Sequence record: ON568341.1
Strand: one strand, 5' to 3'
Length of the DNA stretch: 64,000 bases
Origin: Escherichia phage UE-S1
Part shown: one piece after another, positions 37,766-47,100 of the stretch
Position numbering within the stretch: the stretch's first letter is position 1
Layout: each line of letters starts with the position of its first letter
Position numbers and translations under genes: made by a program
The notes under the pieces: model-generated
Databases searched by the model: none
The model's input: the letters and a program-made list of their open reading frames with translations, nothing else
Told to the model about the DNA's origin: nothing

Positions 37766-37793
37766 GAGACAACTCACAAAAATATGATATAAT
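37766..37793 (+). promoter_or_regulatory. possible promoter with extended -10 (TGaTATAAT) and weak -35 (GAGACA)
   Basis: Shares the ATGATATAAT block with P1, P2 and the ClpA-like promoter. Confidence 0.3.
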
Positions 37794-37828
37794 AGTTATT
37801 GTACCAATATACATGGAGAGTATTAAAA

Positions 37829-38074
37829 ATGGAACAAGAAAATAATCAAATTCAACTAACCCTTCTAGACCTAATCAATGCAGCAAAAATCATGGAAGCT
37901 GCTGTTGCCCGAAATACATTTAAAGTTGAAGAACTCGTGGATGTTTCCCCAGTTGTCGCCAAATTTGTTTCTTTTGCAAATGAAGCACTTGAAGATATTA
38001 AAGCTCAAGAAGACGCTGCTAAAGAAGAATCTGAATCACAAGATATTAAAGCTCAAGAAGATAAAGGAGAATAA
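37829..38074 (+). CDS. small acidic hypothetical protein
   Basis: ATG at 37829 after GGAGAG; track start 37799 lacks an RBS. Confidence 0.45.
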   Translation: MEQENNQIQLTLLDLINAAKIMEAAVARNTFKVEELVDVSPVVAKFVSFANEALEDIKAQEDAAKEESESQDIKAQEDKGE

Positions 38075-38076
38075 TT

Positions 38077-38733
38077 ATGGCAGCTATTCGTCATGTTGGT
38101 GTAATGCGTAATACAGGTTCACGTGTTTTTGTTGTTTGGCGTTCACTACCAGATGATCCTGACCACTGCCTTATTGTTTATCGTGATTCCTTACCAGAAG
38201 CATATGTTCATGCAGTAACTGATATTGTGATGGGTCATGGTCAATCAAACATTGATTTGTGGGAAGTAATGCATAAAATTGGTTACCTGGATGGTCGTAA
38301 AATGCTAGATGTACTACACAATATGCAACATTTACGTCGAGTTCGCACTTGTGATATTGATATGCATACTGGTGGTAATAATAAAATTTCTCTTGATGTT
38401 CTAAACAAAGCATTAGATGAAAATCAAGCGAAAGTACAAGAAGATGGTAAAGTAAAAGACTTTAACCCATTTAACCCACAAGAAGTAGACACAAAAGTTG
38501 AAGAAGCAACTATTGTTGAACAACTTATTTCTGACGCTAAAAAATATGAAAAACTTGCTCAAGAACACTATGAACGTGCATACAATTTAGAGCCAAGTTT
38601 GCGTCCACAAACACAAGTTGTTGAACAACCAAAAGATAGTAAAACAATTTATCTAGAAATTCCTGAAGGTATTTCACAGACTAAAGCTATTGAGAAAGTA
38701 AAACAACTATTCGCAGAACGCAAAGCAAAATAA
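38077..38733 (+). CDS. hypothetical protein
   Basis: ORF track; RBS AAGGAG. Confidence 0.5.
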   Translation: MAAIRHVGVMRNTGSRVFVVWRSLPDDPDHCLIVYRDSLPEAYVHAVTDIVMGHGQSNIDLWEVMHKIGYLDGRKMLDVLHNMQHLRRVRTCDIDMHTGGNNKISLDVLNKALDENQAKVQEDGKVKDFNPFNPQEVDTKVEEATIVEQLISDAKKYEKLAQEHYERAYNLEPSLRPQTQVVEQPKDSKTIYLEIPEGISQTKAIEKVKQLFAERKAK

Positions 38734-38736
38734 AAT

Positions 38737-39330
38737 ATGAAAAAGAATGAATTAGATGAAGCAATTAAAGGTTTATCTAATGTATGTTTTAGTGGCGGGG
38801 CAGCAGGTGCTGACCGCCTTTTTTCAATCTATGCAAAAAATAATGGATTTGAAGTTATTAATTTTTCATTCAAAGGTCATGTGCATAGTGTAGATGAAAG
38901 CACCATATTAGAAATACCATCCAATATTTTATCTGATATTTCTATATTAAATCAACTAAACATTGCATGTTATTCGTTGCAGCGAAAAGTACCAAAGCCT
39001 GGTTCATATGTTTACAACTTACTTGCAAGGAATAGTTATCAGATACTTAATACAGAAAGAATATATTGTATTGCAAATATTACATCGCCAACTAAGGTAA
39101 GTGGTGGTACTGCATGGGCAGTACAGATGTACATTGATTCAGTTGAAAATCCAGAAATTTATTGTTATGATATGAATTCACGTTCTGTGTTTTACTTCGA
39201 TACAGAACTGAAAGAGTTCAAACAATCATTCGTGGTTCCACCACCACATGGTAACTGGACTGGTATTGGTTCACGCAATGCAACAGAAAAACATATGGAA
39301 CATTTTATTACATTTTTCAAGGAAGAATAA
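38737..39330 (+). CDS. hypothetical protein with Rossmann-like GGAAGAD motif (possible SLOG/DprA-like fold)
   Basis: VCFSGGAAGADRLFSIYA near the N-terminus; assignment is tentative. Confidence 0.4.
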   Translation: MKKNELDEAIKGLSNVCFSGGAAGADRLFSIYAKNNGFEVINFSFKGHVHSVDESTILEIPSNILSDISILNQLNIACYSLQRKVPKPGSYVYNLLARNSYQILNTERIYCIANITSPTKVSGGTAWAVQMYIDSVENPEIYCYDMNSRSVFYFDTELKEFKQSFVVPPPHGNWTGIGSRNATEKHMEHFITFFKEE

Positions 39331-40883
39331 TGAAGCAACTACAAGAACTATATCAAAAAATTCTAGATGAAGGCGTAGAAAGCGTTGACCGTACTGGCGT
39401 TGGCACAATCAAACTTATCGGTCAACAAATGCGTTTCGACCTTAAAGATGGTTTCCCAGCAGTGACGACAAAACGTCTAGCTTGGAAATCAATGACTTCA
39501 GAATTACTATGGTTTATTGAAGGCTCCCATGATGAACGTCGCCTTTGTGAAATTTTACATGGAACTCGTGATACAGAAAAGAAAACTATTTGGACAGATA
39601 ATTGTTTAGATCGTGCAAAAAACGATCCCAATCGATTTAATGGGGAAACGGTCGGTAATATGTATGGCATGAATTGGCGTTATCAACCATCTGAACCACA
39701 TAGCTATCAATATATTGAGAGGAAAACATATATTGATGATTATGTTGAAAATCATATTTGTCCAGAAATTACTGATACATTTAATGGAGTTAAAATTCAC
39801 AAATCTGCCAAATGTGGGGATTATGAAGTTATTGGTAAACATCATAATAATATAGTAATTCGTTTCATTAACACCGGTTCATATAAAATTGTACCAAGAA
39901 CTGCGAAAAATATTAAAGATTTTTTCCAACCATCAATTGAAGGGATTGGATATTTGGGTGGTGTAATTCCTGATACATTAACTGCAAAAAAATTATATCA
40001 AATTTGGAAAGATATGATTATTAGAGTGTATAACCCTAGAAAAAATCATTTATCATATGAAAATATAACTGTATGCAAACGTTGGCATAATTTTATGAAT
40101 TTTTACAATGATGCTTTTTCATTATGGGGATTTCAAGAATTTGTTGACAGTGGGTATTCTCATCAACTTGATAAAGATTATTACGGTTCAAACATTTATT
40201 CACCTGATACTTGTATTTTTATATCAGCATCATTAAATAAAACATTAAATGGTGGTGGACATGGGTTTAAAATTTATCTTTATAAAGGTAATGTATTTTA
40301 TTCTAGAACCGATTTACAAGAATCACGTGGTTTAACAAGAAAGGCCAATTTACCAGATGATGTAACAATATTAGAAGATAATGAAACACACGTAGTAAGA
40401 CCAAAAATATACATTGATCAACTACAGCGTTGTATTGATTTAATAAAGAACGATCCAGATTCAAGACGAATTGTTATTACATCATGGAATTCTAGAGATA
40501 TTGAAAATGCAGCATTAGGTATGTGTCACCCATTAGTACAATGGTTTGTTATTAATGGTAAGTTGTCATGTTCATTTTATATGCGTAGTTCTGATAGCTT
40601 CTTAGGCTTACCATTCAACATAGCATCATATGCACTACTTACCCACATGATAGCACAAATATGTTCTCTAGAGGTTGGAGAATTGATTTATACAGGTGGT
40701 GATTGTCACATTTATAAAAACCACGTTGAACAAGTAAAAGAACAACTACAGCGAAAACCACGTGAATTACCTGAATTGTGGCTTGATCCTACCATTACTA
40801 ATATTGAAGATTTCACAATGGATTCTTTCAAATTAGTAAATTACAACCCAATGCCAACAATTAAAGCACCGATGGCTGTATAA
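39330..40883 (+). CDS. td: thymidylate synthase (ThyA type) with ~240 aa in-frame insertion
   Basis: N-terminal 118 aa and C-terminal 156 aa align along bacterial ThyA (DRTGVGT, ELLWF, DPDSRRI, GLPFNIASYALL, active-site CHP region); the insert sits at the variable loop after the W-R motif. Confidence 0.85.
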   Translation: MKQLQELYQKILDEGVESVDRTGVGTIKLIGQQMRFDLKDGFPAVTTKRLAWKSMTSELLWFIEGSHDERRLCEILHGTRDTEKKTIWTDNCLDRAKNDPNRFNGETVGNMYGMNWRYQPSEPHSYQYIERKTYIDDYVENHICPEITDTFNGVKIHKSAKCGDYEVIGKHHNNIVIRFINTGSYKIVPRTAKNIKDFFQPSIEGIGYLGGVIPDTLTAKKLYQIWKDMIIRVYNPRKNHLSYENITVCKRWHNFMNFYNDAFSLWGFQEFVDSGYSHQLDKDYYGSNIYSPDTCIFISASLNKTLNGGGHGFKIYLYKGNVFYSRTDLQESRGLTRKANLPDDVTILEDNETHVVRPKIYIDQLQRCIDLIKNDPDSRRIVITSWNSRDIENAALGMCHPLVQWFVINGKLSCSFYMRSSDSFLGLPFNIASYALLTHMIAQICSLEVGELIYTGGDCHIYKNHVEQVKEQLQRKPRELPELWLDPTITNIEDFTMDSFKLVNYNPMPTIKAPMAV

Positions 40884-40890
40884 ACGAAAA

Positions 40891-40916
40891 GGGAGAACAT
40901 CAGTTCTCCCTTTTTT
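40891..40916. terminator. bidirectional intrinsic terminator between convergent genes
   Basis: GGGAGAAC atca GTTCTCCC flanked by an A-run upstream and TTTTTT downstream. Confidence 0.6.
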
Positions 40917-40917
40917 A

Positions 40918-43188
40918 TTATCTAATTGTTACCAACGTTCTTCCGTCGAAACGTACATCAGGAGTTGAAGGTATACTGAACACTACGTTAGTGCCGTTAA
41001 ACGTCACGCTATCGACCTCAACACGAGTATAGACACCTGGACTAACCTGTTCCTGTATCTCTGCTGTGACGATGTTTGAGGCTGTTACAGTAAGGGTGTA
41101 GTAGTTACCACTTAATACCCAAGATGAAATGGTAAATGCATCGGTTCTTACTGAACCTGAACCAATTGGAACCCATTGACCTTGAACTTTTTGCATTGAA
41201 GTACGCTCGGTATTGGAGTATGCAATCATACCATCAACACCAACAGAGTTATCAATAGTAGCTAGTACTGGTAATTGAATACCATATCTATTGAAACGTG
41301 TTCTAATAATTCCATTATCATAGATACTTACATCAGCATAATTCCCCATTGAAAGTTTCAAATCTGAATCAACTAATTGCATTGTACTTTGGTTAGTAGG
41401 GCTTTCTAAAGTAATTATTCCATTTGGTAATAAGCTTAAGTTTTTAAATTTATTCGAATTACCATTAAAATTTGTATTAGCGTTGAAAGTACTAGTTCCA
41501 TTAACTACTATTGTGTTTTCTGCGGCATCACCTAATATTGTATTTCGTTGAACAATCAAGTTACCATTAGCAGTAATATTAGTCGCTGTAGTATCACCAT
41601 TTAATTTTGTATTAGCGTTGAAAGTACTAGTAGCATTAACTACCAATGTGTTTGTTGCGTTGTCACCTAATATAGTATCACTTTGAACATTCAAATTACC
41701 ACTAGCAGTAATATTAGTCGCTGTGGTATCGCCATTTAATTTACTTGTACCATCAACTACGATATTACTATTAAATTTCGTATTAGATTTAAAAGTACTA
41801 GTAGCATTAACTACCAATGTGTTTGCTGCGGTGTCACCTAATATTGTATTGCTTTGAACATTCAAATTACCACTAGCAGTAATATTACTAGCTGAAGTAT
41901 CACCAATTAATCTACTTGTACCATCAACTACGATATTACCATGAAAATCGCTTTCACCGTTTTTAAATTCCACTTGTACCGAATACATAGAACTAAATGA
42001 AATTATATTACTACTTGCACTTATACCAACATTAGTATTAGTTGGGTTATCGAAGTGTAATATTGGAGTTAATGCTGGTGTTGTTGTTGTTTGATAGAGC
42101 GTTAATGATGAGTTGTTAATTCGCACACGTTCTGTTCCGGCAGTACTAAATCCAATAGCATCATCAGCAGGATGAAAAATACCAGTATTAGTATCAGACC
42201 ATTTTTCAGGATCATTACCAGGATTACTTGTTGGGTCGAATGGTTTATTATTAAATGCTATCGCTGGTGCGGAAGCACTCCCATATACAACACCAAAACG
42301 ACCAGACCCTATTGTACCATCATCATACATTGAATCGCCTGTTCTACGTAAACATTCAATTACAACATTATCTATGGAAGTTTGAACTGTACCAGCATTA
42401 GTTCTGAATTGACGATTATTTGCAATCATAATAGTGTTATCATATAACACAGAAGCTGCTGAAATACTTGTTCTTGATTGACGAAGGCGTATGTTTTTAT
42501 CTTCAGTAATAATAATCCAATCACCATCAGATAGTGCTGTTTGATTCATTGGCACACCGGAAGCAAACGGCTTAGTTAAATCATCATCAGTTGCTAAATT
42601 AACAAGTCCACTATGCCCAGTACTAGGGATGGAAGTTGAAATAATTCTTGCAAAAGCGTTTGTTACGAGCTTTGCACCAGATATATTTGGATTAGAATCA
42701 ACATAATATAAAATTTCAACCCAATTCCCCTGTCCAGTTGGGTTAGTTGGAGTAAATGTTACTGGGCTGGTTTTTGGTTTATTCGCTTCAAAATGTGCTT
42801 GGGCGGCATCCATAATACCACGCACAACATAATAATCACCACTAAGTGATGATGAGGGTGCAGGTAGTGGGCTTTGGGCTAACGGTGGGTCAATATCATC
42901 TGGAATCGGATTATATGTACCAACAAACTGTAAACCACTAGTTACTGAATCTGGTAATTGAGATGTAAGAAGTTTACCATTTGCATCTAAGTTAGCGAAA
43001 CGCCTGTATGCCATTGAACCATCTTCAAAATCCAGAACACCCTCGAACGATTTCCATGCTTTATTGTATCTAATCATCCCTGATCTTATTACATCAGCGG
43101 TTTCTTTTGATGGTGCTTTTGGTAATTCTAAAAAAGATTTACTATCAATAATTACACCACCATCACCTCTAATTCGATTTATACTCAT
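40918..43188 (-). CDS. tail fiber protein with tandem ~40 aa repeats
   Basis: 756 aa, Asn/Thr/Ser/Gly-rich; repeats NTLVVNATSTF-x-NTK-x-NGDTTATNITASGNLNVQ. Confidence 0.65.
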   Translation of the reverse strand: MSINRIRGDGGVIIDSKSFLELPKAPSKETADVIRSGMIRYNKAWKSFEGVLDFEDGSMAYRRFANLDANGKLLTSQLPDSVTSGLQFVGTYNPIPDDIDPPLAQSPLPAPSSSLSGDYYVVRGIMDAAQAHFEANKPKTSPVTFTPTNPTGQGNWVEILYYVDSNPNISGAKLVTNAFARIISTSIPSTGHSGLVNLATDDDLTKPFASGVPMNQTALSDGDWIIITEDKNIRLRQSRTSISAASVLYDNTIMIANNRQFRTNAGTVQTSIDNVVIECLRRTGDSMYDDGTIGSGRFGVVYGSASAPAIAFNNKPFDPTSNPGNDPEKWSDTNTGIFHPADDAIGFSTAGTERVRINNSSLTLYQTTTTPALTPILHFDNPTNTNVGISASSNIISFSSMYSVQVEFKNGESDFHGNIVVDGTSRLIGDTSASNITASGNLNVQSNTILGDTAANTLVVNATSTFKSNTKFNSNIVVDGTSKLNGDTTATNITASGNLNVQSDTILGDNATNTLVVNATSTFNANTKLNGDTTATNITANGNLIVQRNTILGDAAENTIVVNGTSTFNANTNFNGNSNKFKNLSLLPNGIITLESPTNQSTMQLVDSDLKLSMGNYADVSIYDNGIIRTRFNRYGIQLPVLATIDNSVGVDGMIAYSNTERTSMQKVQGQWVPIGSGSVRTDAFTISSWVLSGNYYTLTVTASNIVTAEIQEQVSPGVYTRVEVDSVTFNGTNVVFSIPSTPDVRFDGRTLVTIR
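41460..41940 (-). repeat. tandem ~120-bp coding repeats inside the tail fiber gene (approximate bounds)
   Basis: Near-identical DNA units visible around 41.46-41.94 kb matching the protein repeats. Confidence 0.5.
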
Positions 43189-43231
43189 TTAAATATTTCC
43201 TCAGAATAGATTATATATGATGTATTTATTT

Positions 43232-43267
43232 TAGATAAAAGAAAAGGCCAAGTATAGACTTGGCCTT
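43232..43267 (-). terminator. intrinsic terminator (minus strand)
   Basis: On the minus strand AGGCCAAGT ctat ACTTGGCCT followed by TTTTCTTTT, downstream of gene 43273..44052. Confidence 0.5.
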
Positions 43268-43272
43268 GAAAA

Positions 43273-44052
43273 TTATTTAGTACGTTCAGGTATATCAATA
43301 CCTTCATATACCCAACTCGCAGCTTGTTGTGCTTTATAAATTGCGTTCGGGTCGGAATCATCAACTGCATCAATTGCTTCACATTGTTTATCACAATCAG
43401 AAAATAGTTTTTCAACCATTGCTAATGATTCAGTATATAGCTGTGTCATTTCTTCTGCTGTTAGTTTTACTATAGCATCATCAAGAATAATAGTAACTTC
43501 ATGAGCACCAGACACAACTTGTGTATAATAATTAAGGAGCATTTGGCGACCAGCAAGATCTGTATTATAACGATGTTCTTTGAATACATAACCAGCATTA
43601 ATTCGATTAGTACGTTCTGATAAAGTTCGTTCTTTCAAATCTTTTTTCACATCAGAAATTGGTACATCGACATAATTGTATGTTTTAAGAACAGTCAATG
43701 CTTTATATTCATCAGTTGCATCTTCTAAAAATTCAACTACTGGTTGTTTTTCATCTTTTAATCGAACATATTCCAATGGTTGATCATTCTTATTTACATT
43801 ACCTACATTTTTATATTCTAACCACCAAAAACCTTCTTCTTTTCTTACCTCATCATTTGGTTCTACTGGAGAACCATCATAACTGGAAATACCATACAAA
43901 GTTCTAATATCGCTATAAAGATAGCGATAGGTCTGTGAATCATCAGGAATTGCACCTGGGCGTTCTTTAAGACCTTTAACACCGATTGGGTTTGAGATGA
44001 TACTACCCAATTCATAGTTTTCCTTTGAATTACCTTTCACATATGTGAACAT
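43273..44052 (-). CDS. hypothetical protein within the fiber cluster (possible fiber assembly or accessory protein)
   Basis: ORF track; position between two fiber genes. Confidence 0.45.
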   Translation of the reverse strand: MFTYVKGNSKENYELGSIISNPIGVKGLKERPGAIPDDSQTYRYLYSDIRTLYGISSYDGSPVEPNDEVRKEEGFWWLEYKNVGNVNKNDQPLEYVRLKDEKQPVVEFLEDATDEYKALTVLKTYNYVDVPISDVKKDLKERTLSERTNRINAGYVFKEHRYNTDLAGRQMLLNYYTQVVSGAHEVTIILDDAIVKLTAEEMTQLYTESLAMVEKLFSDCDKQCEAIDAVDDSDPNAIYKAQQAASWVYEGIDIPERTK

Positions 44053-44117
44053 ATAACTACCTCACTTGTTACGATGGTGTCACCCAAGTAAGGTGACACC
44101 TTTTATTATAATTATTA

Positions 44118-47100
44118 TTAAGCAGTACGTTGAGCAATAAACATATCTGCTACTGAACTTACACCATCATAAATTACTTGATAGATAGTTACAGAGTTTG
44201 CAGTTTTGTTAAGTGTTCCATCAACTACAGCATATGTACCATCGGTAGTAAAGTTTCTATTACCTGTTGTATCTTGTTTAACATAAATGTATACTGAAGA
44301 TGCTTTACCACCACCAATTAGACCAGTGATAGGTGCTAGTGTTGTATCTTGATCAAGTGTGATGAAGTATACGTTGCTAGTTCCGTCAGGTGTCCAAGTT
44401 CCAGAAGGTGCAATAACAGAAGAAGTTACTTGATTTGGTATAACATCATATTTTTTGGTAGTTACTTTTGTTGTAGTGAAGTCTGCGTTGGTTGTAGATA
44501 AATGACCTGTGACAGTTACACCCTTGTCAAATACTGCATTTTCTTTGAAAGAAGATGTTGCATTAACAGTTAATGTATCAGAATCAGAATCACCTAACAC
44601 AACACTACCATTTGCTGTCATTAAACCAGTAACAGTTAGTGTACCGCCGATTGTAGCTTCACCAGTTACAGATGCACTAGCAAGTGTAGCTGCACCAGAT
44701 GTTGTAATGGTGGTAACAGTAGCGTCTTCAAGTGTAATACTTGATGCAGTTAATTTTCCATCAACCGTTAGGCTACCAGTAACATTCGCACCAGCCGACA
44801 TAGTTACTGCTCCACCAAATGAACCAGTGGTCATGACTTCAAGGGTATTTCCTTTAAGTAATTTAGTTGCAGTTATATTTTCACCAGCAGTAATACTAGT
44901 ACCAGCAGCAACACCATTGGTTGCAGTTAATGATTTAACAGCCACGTCAGAGTTTGATTGGTTTAGTGTTGCGTTTAGAATGCCAGTTACAGTGAAGTCA
45001 CCGTTGTTAACTACGTTACCGTTGATTGTTAAGTTATTGTTTTTAGAACCAACATCACCGATGGTTGCTGATTTAGAAATCAATTCTGCACCAGATGTAA
45101 TGTTACCTGCGGCACTAATAGTGTTAGCTGCCTTAACTGCATAAGGTTCAATAGTTTGACCACTAACATCGATATCAGCATTAATACCACCATCAACACG
45201 TAAAGAACCAGCAATGTAAGTATTAGGGAAAATTTGAACAGTTTCTGAGTGTTCACCAACCTGTGTACCAATAATAACAGATGAACCAGTTTTTATTGAA
45301 CCTTCAGATGTTAGTGCTCCCACTGTTGCTGTGCCAGTAACGTTTAGTTTGCCACCAACTTTAGCGTTATTAGTTACTGTTAACGCTATATCATCACCAT
45401 TAAGAGTCATTGATGATGCAGATGCGTTTCCAGTAACATCGAGTGTACCACCAATAGTTGCATTGCCATCAGAATGTAGAGTTTGTGCAACAGAAAGACT
45501 GTTTGCAACCACATCAGTACTGGTCAAATCCAATGCACCCGGTGTTAATGTACCAGTAATGTTAACATTATTACCAAATGTTGCTGCCCCAGTAACATCT
45601 AGGGTAGAGCTAAATGTACCAGAAGTTGCAGAGATTGAACCAGATTCTAGTGAACCAACAGTAGTTTTTCCAGTTACACCTAGTGTACCACCAACTGTTC
45701 CATTTGTTGTAACTTCTAATGTTCCAGTACTTAGATCTTTCGCTGTAACTTTGTCAGATGCGTTAATAGTTGTTGTTGTAACACCACCACTTAGGGTGCT
45801 TGCACCAGTAACACTGAGTGTTTTAGCTGCACTAACGCTGTTTACGTTAAGATCTGCACCAGATAGGTCTAAACCACCTTCAGGAATAAATTTACCCTTA
45901 ACGGTTAGTTGTTGAACAGAACTGTCACCAGTAACATCCAGTGTAGAAGCAGTTAGACCACCATTCAGGCTTGCTTCCCCAGTAACATCTAGGGTAGTTG
46001 TTACAGTCGCACTGTTAAGAGTGGAGTTACCGGAAATATTAGCACTTGGTGCAGTGATTGAACCTTTATCAACTTGTACATCACCAGAAACAACTTTAAT
46101 ACCACCAGCATCAACTGTTAGTTTTTCGGCAGTGTTCAAAGTACTTGAAATTGTTGTTGCACCAGTTAAGGTTGTGGTTCCTGCAACACTCATGTTTCCA
46201 GAGATAGATGGATTACCTGTAATGTTACCAGTAGTTAGAACCAAGTCAGTACCTACAGTAGTGGAACCAGTACTTTCTAATGTTACACCGACAATATTTG
46301 CAGATTTAAGGTCAATGGAGCCATCAACAGTCAAGTTACCATGTACTGTTGCATCACCGAGTGAATTTAATGATTTCACAGAAACATCAGTTTTACTAAG
46401 GTCAATTACACCAGCAGTAAGTGTTCCAGATACTGCCAAATCACCAGTAATTGCTGTATTTTTAGTAATAGATACAGTTTCTGATGCTGACGTAATTGAG
46501 CCAACAGTAAGTGCACCACCAATGGTTGCATTGTTAGTTACAGTTAACGCTGTTTCTTCACCAGATAGTGTTAAAGAAATACCATTCATTTCACCAGTAA
46601 TATTTGCAGATGCCGCAGAAATATCGCCAGCAACTACCGCATTTGTTGCGTTTAGAGTTGTTGTAGTAATTTCAGTACTTTTTACTTTAGGAAGTGCGTT
46701 GATACCATCTTTACTATTAACTGTAATAATACCAGAACTTGTTAGCGATTTAACAGAAACATCTGCACCACTTAAGTTAACTGTTCCAGAAACAACTAGA
46801 TCGCCACCAATATTAGCACCTTCTGTTGTAGTGATTGATTTTGCATTAACTTCAGTTTGGCTCAAATCAATTGTACCAGGTGATACAGTTCCAGAAACAG
46901 TAAGATTACCAGTAATGGTGGTATCATTAGAAATAGATACACCATCATCATTACTAATTGTTGGGGTTTCAATAGTAACAGCTTTAACTTTACCTGAAGA
47001 AGTCATATCAGCAACAGTTGATGTACCAGTAACCTTTAGATTAGTAATATTTGCAGTAGTTGAACCAAGTGTAGTAATAGTACCATCAGTACTTTCTAGT

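Noticed and set aside
39684-40412. Group I intron or canonical intein inside the thymidylate synthase gene (by analogy with the T4 td intron)
   Set aside because: The reading frame is uninterrupted across the insertion and there is no room for a separate ribozyme core; no Cys/Ser at the insert N-terminus and no His-Asn plus Cys/Ser/Thr at its C-terminal junction. Treated as an in-frame domain insertion pending experiment.
41460-41940. CRISPR-like array suggested by regularly spaced DNA repeats
   Set aside because: The repeats are about 120 bp, lie inside a continuous coding frame and encode tandem fiber protein repeats; no short repeat-spacer structure and no cas genes.
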